Translations under genes and position numbers: made by a program
Source: Malacoraja senta
Lineage: Eukaryota
Direction: 5' to 3'
DNA: 64,000 nucleotides
NCBI GenBank assembly: GCA_038087875.1
Contig: CM075990.1
Location: 1,116,001 to 1,180,000 of the forward strand
Part shown: positions 14,142 through 25,347 of the stretch, in pieces
Layout of the letters: each line of letters starts with the position of its first letter
Position numbering within the stretch: the first letter of the stretch is position 1
The notes under the pieces: generated by a model
Told to the model about the DNA's origin: nothing
The model's database searches: none
What the model saw: only the letters and a program-made list of their open reading frames with translations

Positions 14142-14276
14142 CCCCAGGAGGTGGTCTACTCTGTGGGGAACTCGATGTTGCTGCAACTCCACACTGACGA
14201 CACCATCAGCAGGAAGGGATTCCACGCTCGATACACCAGCACCAAGTTCCAGCACCAGTTACACCCCACGATGTGA
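14142..14276 (+). CDS. BMP1/tolloid-like metalloprotease, last coding exon
   Basis: (CT)n polypyrimidine tract plus ag acceptor. Encodes [47 protein letters not shown], matching the tolloid C-terminus ([17 protein letters not shown]). This frame is not shown in the ORF track. Confidence 0.95.
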   Translation, partial: PQEVVYSVGNSMLLQLHTDDTISRKGFHARYTSTKFQHQLHPTM

Positions 14277-14469
14277 CCCTCCACCTCCACAGGACCAACT
14301 TCACCCCCCCCCCCCCCCCAGACCAAGGTCGGCAGCCCCTTCCCCCTCAAGTGAATCAGATTCAGAAACATATCTCATTTTACCCAAACTAGTGATTCAG
14401 TGTTATTTATACCATTCAGAAACCTGTCCTCTTCCATGTACATCTGTGTCCCCACTACTCCGCCTGGTC

Positions 14470-14800
14470 ACTTTCTCCATTCTTCTCCCCTCCCTCTCAC
14501 TAACCCTCTCTCTTTCTCTCCCCCTCACTCTCTCTCCCTTTCATCTCTCCCTCTCCCTCCCTCCTTCTCCTTCTCTCTTCACCTGCCTCTCTCTCTCCCT
14601 CCCTCTCACTCTCCCGTGCTCCACTCTCTCTCTCTGCCGCTCCCTTTCTCCCTCTCTCCCCCCCCTCCCTCTCTCCCTCCCCTTTTCTTCCCTCTCTCTC
14701 TCTCTCTGCCGCTCCCTCCCCCTCCCTCTCACTCATTGCCCTCTCTCGCTCCCCTCCCCCTCTCTCTGCCCCCCCCCTTTAGCCCCTCCCCTGTCCCTCA
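14470..14800. repeat. CT-rich low-complexity tract in 3'UTR
   Basis: Visible polypyrimidine sequence. Confidence 0.9.
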
Positions 14801-15578
14801 GCCCAGCCAACATGTAGAAGTGCCTCTCCTTGTTGCTTTTAGACAGTGGTCAGTGCCTCGGTGTGACAGAGACTGCCCTGGCCAGCCCTGCCCTGTCCTT
14901 CCCCGCTCTGTCCCTCCCCAGCCCTGCCCTATCCCTCTCATGCCCAGCCCTGCCGTTGTTCATAGTTAATATAGATTAGTGACATTCTGTCCACTATTTA
15001 TTCTTCAGGGGTGCGGGTGAGACAGAGGAGATGAGGATTTAGAAAGACACAAAAAGCTCAGCAGGTCAGGCAGCATTTCTGGAGAGAAGGAATAGGTGAC
15101 GTTTCGTTCGAGACCCTTCTTCAGACTGAGAGTGGGGAAAGGTAAAGGAGAGATATAGACGGTGATGTAGAGAGATATAGAACAAATGAATGAAAGATAT
15201 GCAAACAAGTAACAATGATGAAGGAAACAGGCCATTGTTGGCTGTGGGCGAGGTGACAACGAGTTAGACAATGAGACTCACCTGGGCGATCTTGAAGCTG
15301 GTCCAACGACTAGGGTGGTGTCGGCTCCATTGTCCACATCCCTGTGTTGTACATGAAGCAAGGCGGGGACTGGCGCATTTACCAGCAGATGCCCAGCTCC
15401 TGCCCCAGTCACCTTTACACCAAAGCCAAGTATCCCAGCAACACTCATTCCCCTCTCTGCAGAAACAACTCCGGGAACACGTCCTTCTGGCCTTTAGTGA
15501 AGGGCCTGAAAAGTACTGTTTACACAAAAAATATGCTTTTAACCTGAATTTATAATTCACTGTTTCTGTCGACATTGA

Positions 15579-15612
15579 AATAAACTATTGCTTATTTAAA
15601 AAGTGCAATAAA
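15579..15612 (+). terminator. Candidate polyadenylation signals of the tolloid-like gene
   Basis: Two AATAAA hexamers (15579-15584, 15607-15612) in an AT-rich unique stretch ~1.3 kb after the stop. Confidence 0.6.
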
Positions 15613-16629
15613 GACATAAAGTGGGTTATTCCCTGTGAGGTGATTCAGAATGTTCATGAGACATAGGACCAGAAGTAGGCCATTCGGCCCATCGAGTCGG
15701 CTGAACTATTCAATCATGGTTGATCTTTCTCAATCCCATTCTCCTGCCTTCTCCCCATAACTTTTGACGCCCGTACTAATCAAGAATTTGTCAATCTCCA
15801 TTTAAAAAATATCCATTGACTTGGCCTCCACAGTCGTTTGTGGCAATGAATTCAACAAATTCACCACCCACTGGCTAAAGAAATTCCTCCTCATCTCCTT
15901 TCTAAAGGTACGTCCTTTTATTCTGATGCTGTGTCGTCTGATCCTAGACTCTCCCATTGGTGGAAACATCCTCTCCACATCCACTCTATCCAATACCATT
16001 GTCCAATGAGATTTATTGCCTCTACCATTCCAAAGATATAAAGGCTTGTAGGTTAATTGGCTTGGTATAAATGGAAAAAAATGTCCCTAGTTTAGTGTAA
16101 TTTAGAGATACAGCGCGGAAACAGGCCCTTCAGCCCGCCGAGTCCGTACTGACCAGTGATCCCCGCACACTAACACTATCCTACACACACTAGGGACAAT
16201 TAACATTTATACCAAGCCAATTAACCTACAAACCTGCACGTCTTTGGAGTGTGGGAGGAAACCGAAGATCTCGGAGAAAACCCACGCAGGTCACGGGGAG
16301 AACGTACAAACTTCATCCAGACAGCACCTGTAGTTAGGGTCGAACCCGAATCTCAGGTGCTGTGAGGCAGTAACTCTACCGCTGCACCACCGTGCCGCCC
16401 TAGTGTGTGTTAATGTGTGTGGATCGCTGGTCGATGTGGACTCGGTGGGCCGAAGGGCCTGGATCCGTGGTGTATCTATAAACTAACAAACTAAACCTCA
16501 ATGTCCTTCTCATTTCAACATTTCTCACAAACAAACATTAAACCAGATCCAACATTGTTTCGTGGGGCTGTGAAACCACCTTCTGATCCATACATTCCTG
16601 CTGTTGCCTCCTGATGTCAGACTAACATG

Positions 16630-16810
16630 GGGAGGTCCCTATACCTCCTCCCTCGTCTCCATCCAGGGACCCCAGCTGTCCTTCCAGGTGAGACAGATGT
16701 TCACGAGCACCTCATCTACTGCACCCAGTGTTGCTGATGTGGCCTCCTGTACATCGGCGAGACCAAGTGTAGACTCGACGATCGTTTCGCTGAACACTTG
16801 CGTTGGGTCC
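16630..16810 (+). mobile_element. Penelope-like element GIY-YIG endonuclease fragment
   Basis: Translates as LIYCTQCC*CGLLYIGETKCRLDDRFAEHLR (IY...C..C...YIGET...R..EH signature). Confidence 0.8.
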
Positions 16811-18837
16811 AGACATCGTGTTTGGTGCAGTCATTTTTGTCTGAAAGGCCTGTTCCTGTGCTGTATTGTTCTATGTTGTACCTATATTGTACCTATCGCT
16901 GCCTTAACAAATATTCAAAGACTGCTCCGCTGTCCTCTGAGAAAGAGTTGCAAAGATACATGAACCCAGAGGGTAAAACCTCCACCTCATTGTTGCTTTA
17001 CAATGAACAGCAAGGGGTGAACATCTCCAGCAGTTGTCCCCTGCAATTGTGAAGGAAGAGATGATGGCGATCCTGGAGTTAATGGCTGTCTCCCAATGTT
17101 CTGGATCCTAGAACTGATCCCGCTGCTGGAATCCAGCCAATGTAGCTGGGCTTAACGGGAGAACATGAAACCAGGCACGTTAGACGGAAGAAACTCAGCG
17201 GGTCAGGCAGCAACCCAGGAGAACATGGATAGGTGATGGATGGGAAAGAACTGCAGATGCTGCTTTATATCGAAGATAGACACAAAATGCTGGAGTATCT
17301 CAGCGTGTGAGGCAGCATCTCTGGAGAGGAATGGGTGATGTTGTGGGTCGAGACCCTTCTTCAGACTGATGCCAGGGGAGTGGGCGGGACAAAGATAGAT
17401 TGTAGTCGGAGACAGTAAAACAGGTGGGAGAGCTGGGGAGGGGATGGAGAGAGAGGGAAAACAAGGGCTATTTGAAGTTAGAAATGTTAGGTAATGTTTT
17501 GGCATGGGACCCTTCTGATGGTGGGGGTGGGGGGGGGGAAAGAAAGCTGGAAGAGTGGAGGCGCAGGACAAAGCCTGGCAGGTAATAAGATGAGACAGGT
17601 GAGCAGGGCTATTTGATAGGCAGATGCGTGCACAAAGGCCAGAGAGGTGTGAGACAAAAGGATTGAAGTGTTGCCAATTGTGAAGCTAGAGGAGGGAATG
17701 TAGGTGGAGGGGGCGAGAGAGGTGTGGGTCCAGGTGGGACACGAGAGAGAGGGGGAACGAAGGGGATGGGGGGTTGTGGGGGAAGAGGGGAGAGGTAGGT
17801 GGGGCGCAGTCACCACATATCAGAGAATTCAACCTTCATAACATTGGATGGTACACTCGTTCTGTCCTACACCCTAGGGGCAATTTTACAGAAGCCAATT
17901 AACTTACAAACCTTCAAGTGGTGGGGGAGGAAACCGGAGCACCCGGATAAAATCCACGCGGTCACAGGGAGAAACAGTTGAGTTCAGCTGTTCCCCCACC
18001 TGCAAATGAGAAAAATACTGGCCTTGGTTCCTGGTCCCTGCTCATTTAGTTTAGTTTAGAGATACAGCATGGAAACAGGCCCTTCAGCCCACCTAGTCCA
18101 CGCTGACCATCGATCACCCATTCACACTCGTTCTATGTTATCCCACTTTCTCATCCACGTCCTCCACACTAGGGGCAATTTGCAGAGATTAATGAACCCA
18201 CACATCTCTGAGATTTTGTTTTAAACTGGAGCCCCCGGAGCAAACCCACGCGGTCACAGGGAGAACGTGCAAACTCCACACAGACAGGGCCCATGGTGAG
18301 GATGGAACCCGGGACTCTGATGATGATGATGATGATACTTCACGGTCACGTACTAGGTGCAGTGGAATTCATTGTTGTAAACAAAATACGTAAAAGAGTC
18401 GCCACAAAGGCACGGACACAGTTACAAAAAGTACCCTTGACTCACCTTGTAAAAGAGGTCTTTTGTTAATGTGTAGCAAGGAAGTGCAGATGCTGGTTTA
18501 AACCAAAGAAAGACACAAAAAACTGGAGTAACTCAGTGGGACAGGCAGCATCTGTGGAGAGAAGGAATGTGCGACGTTTTGTGTCGAGACCCTTCTTCAG
18601 ACATGTCCCTTTGGAGACTTGCCTGCAAAACACAGTGCCCAAGAGCAGTTGTAATGCAAGATTGCAACAGAACTGTGAAGGACTATTCCCCCCCCCCCCC
18701 CTACTGATAAGGAAGCCTGCTTCACTGCAGAATGTTTCAACTTGAGCTGTTTTACCTAGATTCTATCTTGGCCATTTCCCCATCATGCTGCCCAGTCTGT
18801 GAGCTCCAGGATTCACCAAACTACAACCTAATCATCA

Positions 18838-19345
18838 TCTATATAACTAAAAGTCTGATCTTGTATGTGGATGTATTTGTATGTGTCTGTCTGTCTGTCT
18901 GTCTGTCTGTGTCTGTGTCTGTGTCTGTGTCTGTGTCTGTGTCTGTGTCTGTGTCTGTGTCTGTGTATGTGTCTGTCTGTCTGTGTATAATCACATCTTT
19001 TCGAAAAAACAACGCGCGAACGGTAAATTGTTTACATATTCCGGTAGAGATTTTTCCCGTGTAGTCTGAAATTGCCTTATCTGAAATTTTCATGCTTTAT
19101 TTCTCGAGTTATTACTGAAAATGTTCAAAAATCGGACAAAACTTTGAAATAATAATGATTGTCTCGCTGATGATGGCACAATGGATCTGCCCCCCCTCTC
19201 TCTCCCCCACTCTTCCTCGCGCTGCGAGTGACGTCACCCCACCCCTCCCTCCTCCCCCGTTATTCAAAAGACGCAGAAAGAACGAGCAAGTCAGGGCCTG
19301 GATTGAAGTCGCCATAGTCGCCGGCCCGCTCGCTCACGGTCGACC
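18838..19345 (+). mobile_element. Non-autonomous Helitron-like element, 5' part
   Basis: Starts tctatataactaaaagtctgatcttg followed by a GT-rich microsatellite. The same actaaaagtct head occurs at ~30268 and ~30836. Confidence 0.55.
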
Positions 19346-19349
19346 ACCC

Positions 19350-20200
19350 TTCTCCCCCCTCCTCATCTCCCCCCTCCCCCATCTCCTCTCCCTCACTCCT
19401 CCCCCTCTCTCTCCCCCTCTCTCTCCCCCCTCTCTCTCACCCCTCTCTCTCCCCACATCTCCCCCTCTCTCTTCCCCCTCTCTCTCTCCCCCCTATCTCT
19501 CCCCCTCTCTCCCTCTATATTTCCCCCCTCTCCCCCCCTCTCTCCCCCTCTCTCTCTCCCCCACTCTCTCTCCCCTCCTCCCTCCCCCCCTCTCTCCCCC
19601 TTCTCTCTCACCCTTCTCTCTCCCCCCTCTCTCTCCCCCTCTCTCTCCCCCCTCTCTCTCCCCCTCTCTCTCCCCCTCTCTCTCCCCCTCTCTCTTCCCC
19701 CTTTCTCTCTCCCCCCTCTCTCTCCCCCTCTCTCTCCCCCCTCTCTCTCTCCCCCACTCTCTCTCCTCCTCTCTCTCTCACCGCTTTCTCTCTCCCCCCC
19801 TCACTCTCCCCCCTCTCTCTCTCCCCCTCTCTCCCGTCCTCCCTCTCCCCCCTCTCCCCCCTCTCTCACCCCTCTCTCCACCCTCTCTCTCTCCCCTCAC
19901 TTGCCCCCCACTCTCTCCCCCTCTATCTCTCCCCTCTCTCCCCCCCTCTCTCTCTCCCCCACTCTCTCCCCCTCTCTCTCCCCCCTCTCTCTCCCCTCCT
20001 CCCTCTCCCCTCCTCCCTCTCCCCCCTCTCCCCTCTCTACCCCCTCTCTCTCCCCCTTATCTCCCCCCACTCTCTCCCCCCTCTCTCCCTCTATCTCTCC
20101 CCCTCTCTCCCCCCCTCTCTCACCCCTCTCTCTCCCCCCTCCCTCTCCTCCCACTCTTTCTCCCCCCACTCTCTCTCCCCCCCTCTCACCCCCCTCTCAT
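19350..20200. repeat. CT-rich low-complexity tract
   Basis: ~850 bp of ctctctcccc-type units. Confidence 0.95.
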
Positions 20201-20364
20201 CCTTCTAAATTGCAGCGAATACTAGTCGACCCATTCTTTCATCATATGTCAGTCTCGCCATCCCGGCAATTAACCTGGTGTGATTGCAGTGAGTGGGTGA
20301 TGGGGGTGAGTATTCTGGCCCCTATCGTGGGAGTGGGGAGCGGACACTGTCCACTCATCTCATG

Positions 20365-20650
20365 AACAGCACCTCATATTTCGCTTGGGTAGCTTACACC
20401 CTAGCGATATGAACATTGACTTCTCTACCTTCAAGTAGCCCTTGCTTTCCCTCTCTCTCCATCTCCCTCCCCATACCCAGTTCTCCACCCGTCTTGCTGT
20501 CTCCGACTGCATTTTATCTCTGTACCGCCCACCCCCCTGACATTAGTCTGAAGACCTGAAATGTCACCTATTCCTTTTCTCCAGAGATGCTGCCTCACCC
20601 GCTGAGTAACTCCAGCATTGAACCAGTATCTGCAGTCCTTTCCCACACAA
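20365..20650 (+). mobile_element. Penelope-like element 3' end (endonuclease C-terminus plus terminal repeat)
   Basis: LIFRLGSLHPSDMNIDFSTFK* followed by the widespread terminal repeat ...ctccagagatgctgcc...gctgagtaactccagc. Confidence 0.7.
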
Positions 20651-20656
20651 TGTATC

Positions 20657-21262
20657 GACCCACTGACCCACTCCCCACTGACCCACTCCCCATTGGCCCA
20701 CTGACCCACTCCCCACTGACCCACTCCCCACTGACCCACTGACCCAACCCCCACTGACCCACTGACCCAACCCCCACTGACCCACTGAACCACTCCCCAC
20801 TGACCCACTGACCCACCCCCACTGACCCACTCCCCACTGACCCACTGACTCACTCCCCACTGACCCACTGACCCAACCCTCACTGACCCACTGACCCACT
20901 CCCCACTGACCCACTGACCCACTGACCCACTCCCCACTGACCCACTGACCCACTGACCCACTCCCCACTGACCCACTGACCCACTCCCCACTGACCCACT
21001 GACCCAACCCCCACTGACCCACTGACCCAACCCCCACTGTTCGACTGACCCAACCCCCACTGATCCACTGACCACCCCCCATTGACCCACTGACCCACTC
21101 CCCACTGACCCACTGACCCAACCCCCACTGACCCACTGACCCACTGACCCACCCCCCACTGACCCACTGACCCTCCCCACTGACCCACTGACCACCCCCC
21201 CACTGACCACCCCCCCACTGACCCACTGACCACCCCCCCACTGACCCATTGACCCATGGACC
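20657..21262. repeat. Minisatellite built from (ACTGACCC) and cccc spacer units
   Basis: Dozens of TGACCC hexamers at 8-bp and ~15-bp periodicity. Confidence 0.95.
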
Positions 21263-21624
21263 ACTGCCAGGCATCAGTGTCCATGTGTTGATGGGGACAA
21301 TGTGACCACCATGGAGGCAGCAAGTCCAGGAACACTGCACTCTGCACGTCTGTTTCCCCTGCGATCCCATGCACAACATGAACGAAATACCAGAAGTTGT
21401 TTGCTGCCCGATACTGAGCACAGTTCCAGGCACATTGTTCGGGACATGTTGCTGCCTTTACATATGCAAAACATTGTAATAATGTACCAGCACAGCGTTA
21501 CAACTCTGCCGCTTAACTTCCTTCTTGGCTTCCAATTCATCCCTCATTTCACATTTGATTTTCACGTGAGTGGTGTTCACGCTGGGCTGTGTTCTTCAAA
21601 AGCTGCAGCTCCAAGCCCCACACA

Positions 21625-21627
21625 ATG
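21625..21627 (+). CDS. Putative ATG-only first coding exon of the YxN-motif gene
   Basis: cacaATG|gtgagt: A at -3 and a perfect donor directly after the ATG, in unique sequence. Phase 0 matches the downstream exons. Linkage to them is inferred. Confidence 0.4.
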
Positions 21628-21928
21628 GTGAGTTACTGATCATTCCATTGGGCCAATGGTTCGTTATTGCCACATGTGCATCTGTCCAGTGAAATCACTT
21701 GTTTTGCATTATTTTCAGTAATATCTTTACCTCCAAATTTTACTCCAAAGACGTACAGGTTTGTAGGCTAATTAGCTTGGTAAGATTGTAAATGATCCCC
21801 CTGTATGGGGATCACTGTGTGTACTTGTCCTGTTTCTATGCTGCATCTCTAAACTAAACTAAACTAAACTACATAAGCAGAATCACACCATCAGTCTCCC
21901 AGGCTGGGTTAGGGTAATGTCACAAGCG

Positions 21929-22240
21929 GCACGGTGGCGCAGCGGTAGAGTTGCTGCCTCACTGCGCCAGAGACAGCAGTTCGATCCTGACTACGGGTGC
22001 TGTCTGTACGGAGTTTGTACATTCTCCCCGTGACCAAGTGGGTTTTCTCCGGGTGCTCCGGTTTCCTCCCACATTCCAAAGACGTGCAGGTTTGTAGGTT
22101 AATTGGCTTGGTATAACTGTAAATTGTCCCTAGTGTGTGTAGGATAGTGTTAGTGTGCAGGGATCACTGGTCGGCAAAGACTTGGTGGGCCGAAGGGCCT
22201 GTTTCTGCGCTGTATCTCTAAACTAAACTAAACTAAACTA
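21929..22240 (+). mobile_element. tRNA-derived HE1/V-SINE-type SINE, near full length (about 15 further copies, e.g. ~4130, 13705-, 16100-, 28440-, 33025, 34492, 37050-, 47920, 56870-, 60407)
   Basis: tRNA-like head with A box (TGGCGCAGCGG) and B box (GTTCGATCC), conserved central core, CR1-like 3' end (gggccgaagggcctgtttc) and (TAAAC)n tail. Confidence 0.9.
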
Positions 22241-22689
22241 ACAGTAGATTACACTGACGCAGAAGAGTCTCCATGTTTCCGGAACCATCTTGTATCCTTC
22301 AAGATTCGAAGTGTTTAAAAATGTAAAGTCTTAACTTGAATTTGAAGGCCAGTTGCCGTGGCAACGGCACTGGGCTGGAGTTGCAGGGTGGGCCTGGCGT
22401 GCCGATGTTGTCGGTGTTCTCCACCACTGCTCCGCCGCTCCGTGCCGCTGCAGGCCGTGTCCAATCCGCCCGCCCGTCCCCGGCCTCTGTGTGGCCTCCA
22501 GTGGAGCCCGATCCACACGAGCCCCAGGCTGCTGCAGGGCCTCTAGCGGCCTACTCCACCCCACCCCACCTGACCCACAGACCCACCGTCCCCTCGCCCC
22601 CTGCAGCCTCCGCTCAGCCTCCGTGTACCCAGGACCCCTCCCGCAGCCAACCTGAAACCCCCTGCTTGTGGTCTGGGTGGTGATTCATG

Positions 22690-23225
22690 TTCATAAAATA
22701 TACGTGCTGAATTATGTCATTCAGCCCATCAAGTCTACTCCACCATTCAATCCTGGCTGATCTATCTTTCCCTCTCAACCCCATTCTCCTGCCTTCTCCA
22801 CATAACCTCTGACACCCGCACTAATCAACAATCTGTCAGCCTCTGCCTTAAAAATATTCATTGATTTGGCCTCCACCGTCTGTGGCAATGAATTCCACAG
22901 ATTCACCCTCTGACTAAAGAAATTCTTCTTCATCTCTTTTCTAAAGGTACATCCTTTTATTCTGAGGCTATGGGCTCTGTTCCTAGACTCTCCCACTAGT
23001 GGAAACATCCTCTCCACATCCACTCTATCCAAGCCTTTCACTGTTTGGTAAGTTTCAATGAAGTCCCCCCTCTTCCTTCTAAACTCCAGCGAGTACAGGC
23101 CGAGTGCCATCAAACGCTCATCATACGTTAACCCTATAATTCCTGAGATCATTCTTGTAAACCTCCTTTGGACCCTCTCCAATGCCAGCACATCCTTCCT
23201 CAGATATGGGGCCCATAACTGCTCA
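22690..23225 (-). mobile_element. CR1 LINE 3' fragment
   Basis: WAPYLRKDVLALERVQRRFTRMI...LGLYSLEFRR.RGD, the CR1 C-terminal region. Confidence 0.9.
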
Positions 23226-23482
23226 CAAGAAGAACTGATAGAAGTATAGAGATTTCTGAGAGATTTAGATAGGGCGGACAGCCAGAACGTCTTTTCCAAG
23301 CTGATCACATTGAATGGCGGTGCTGGCTCAAAGGGCCGAATGGCCTACTCCTACACCTATTTTCTATGTAAAATGTCAAAGGTTAGAGGGCACAGCTTTA
23401 AAGTGATAAGGGCAAAGTTTAAAGGAGATGTGCGGGGCAAGTTTTTTACACAGTGGGGGCCTGGAAGGCGCTGCCTGGGGCA

Positions 23483-23550
23483 GTGGTGAAGACAGTGGTG
23501 AAGACAGTGGTGAAGACAGATGTGAAGACAGATGTGAAGACAGATGTGAT
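23483..23550. repeat. 12-bp tandem repeat (gtggtgaagaca / gatgtgaagaca)
   Basis: About 5.5 adjacent copies expanded inside a CR1 3' fragment. Confidence 0.9.
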
Positions 23551-23852
23551 AGTGGCATTTAAGCTTTTAAATAGGAATATGGAAATGCAGGGAATGGAGA
23601 GGAATGGATCATGTGCAGGCAGCAGAGATGAGCTTAATTTGACATTGTGTTTGGAGTGGATATTGTGGGCCAAAGCGTTGGATTAACTCAGCGGGTCAGG
23701 CAGCATCTCTGGAGAAAAAGGATGGGTGACGTTTCGGGTCGGGACCCCTCTTCAGTCTAACCTACCCCTGTGCACTGAGGCAAATGGTGGCAAAAACATT
23801 TTTAATTAAAAAGCGTCAATGTGGAGGGCTTGATGCACAGGGGTAGGTTAGA

Positions 23853-23880
23853 CTGAAGAAGGGTCCCGACCCGAAACGTC
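23853..23880 (+). ncRNA. Minimal hammerhead ribozyme motif in a Penelope-like terminal repeat
   Basis: CUGAAGA-A-GGGU(CCCG)ACCC-GAAA-CG-UC: hammerhead core boxes flanking a stem II hairpin. Confidence 0.65.
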
Positions 23881-25147
23881 ACCTATCCTTTTTCTCCAGA
23901 GATGCTGCCTGACCCGCTGTGTTACTCCAACACTTTGTGTCCTTTTGTATTGCATCAGTCCATTTAGGTCTCAGAGTGTTCATTAAGGAGCTGTAGTCAC
24001 CGCGATCAATAGACCACCAGGTAATTCCTCGGAACAAGAGGCCAGATTTACCATGGAAGGCAGCGACTGGCTTTATTTGAATTGGGGCCATTATGCAGCA
24101 ATATTATGAGTCTTAGAGTGATATAGCACGTAAACAGGCCCTTCGGCCCAACATGCCCATACCGACCAACATGCCTCATCTACACTAGGCCCACCTGCCC
24201 GCATTTGGCTCATATCCCTCTAAACCTTTCCTATCCATGCACCTGTCCAAATGTCTTTTAAATGTTATTGAACCTGCTTCAACTACCTCCTCTGGTAGCT
24301 CATTCCGTAGACCCACCACCCTCTGTGTGAAAAAGCTGCCCCTCAAGTTCCTATTAAATCTTTCCCCTCTGACCTTAAACCTAAGGTTCTTGATTCCACA
24401 ATTCAGAGTAAAAGATACTGTACATCCACCCTATCTATTCCCCTCAAAATCTTACACACCTCTATAAATCATCCCTCAGCCTCCTGTGCTCCAGGGAATA
24501 AAGTCCTACCCTGCCCAGCCTCTCCCAACAGCTCAGGCCCTCAAGTCCCGGCAACATCCTCGTAAATCTTCTCTGCACTATTTCCAGCTTCACAACATCT
24601 TTCCGATAACAGGGTGACCAAACCTGGACACAATGCTGCAAATATGGCATCACTCGTTTGCCCAGAGTAGGAGAGGTGAGGTGAGGTAAGGCGGGAAAGA
24701 TTTCATAGGAACCTGAGGGCGTAACTTTTTAAAACAAAGGGTGGTGGGTGTATGGAACGAGTTGCCGGAGGAGGTAGTTGAGGCAGGGACTATTGCAACG
24801 TTTAACAAACATTTGGACAGGTACATGAATAGAAAAGTTTTGGAGGGATATGGGCCAAACACAGGCAAGTGGGACTAGTGTAGATGGGGCATGTTGATCG
24901 GTGTGGACAAGATGGGTCAAAGGGCCTGTTTCCACGCTGAACGATTCCATAACTCTATGACCATCACCTCAATAATTGTGCATGAATAATTATATTATAT
25001 GCAAGTAACAGCTTTGAAAAGTGAGAAGAAATACTATTTTGCAAAACAGTGCGTGCTTTTAGAAAGAAGGGCAGAATAGGGTCAGCGGGAAAACTAGATC
25101 AGCCATGATTGAATGGCGGAGTAGTCTTGATGGGCCAAATGGCCTAA

Positions 25148-25347
25148 NNNNNNNNNNNNNNNNNNNNNNNNNNNNNNNNNNNNNNNNNNNNNNNNNNNNN
25201 NNNNNNNNNNNNNNNNNNNNNNNNNNNNNNNNNNNNNNNNNNNNNNNNNNNNNNNNNNNNNNNNNNNNNNNNNNNNNNNNNNNNNNNNNNNNNNNNNNNN
25301 NNNNNNNNNNNNNNNNNNNNNNNNNNNNNNNNNNNNNNNNNNNNNNN
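25148..25347. other. Assembly gap (200 N)
   Basis: Run of N. Confidence 1.

Noticed and set aside
3404..14276. Assigning the symbol bmp1, tll1 or tll2
   Set aside because: Diagnostic residues are mixed and only two CUB domains are visible, so orthology needs a phylogeny.
19155..20365. 356-aa Pro/Ser/Leu ORF resembling an extensin-like protein
   Set aside because: Stop-free only because the region is a C/T low-complexity tract. The same applies to 14026-14969, 36236-36876 and 46961-47641.
20431..21433. Long Gly/Trp/Val/Ser repeat ORFs
   Set aside because: All three minus-strand frames are open across a minisatellite, with no splice or coding signal.
21929..22005. tRNA gene
   Set aside because: It is the tRNA-derived head of a SINE, continuous with the SINE body and tail, and present in many degenerate copies.
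22358..22546. Transmembrane/palmitoylation exon (…GLACRCCRC…) for the adaptor-like gene
   Set aside because: No hydrophobic span long enough, no suitable donor, and the frame ends in a stop.
23483..23550. CRISPR-like array
   Set aside because: Adjacent 12-bp tandem units with no unique spacers, in a eukaryotic LINE context.
23968..24020. Extra exon of the YxN gene (tttag|...CAG|gtaatt)
   Set aside because: It is 53 nt, would shift the frame, and contains an in-frame TAG in phase 0.
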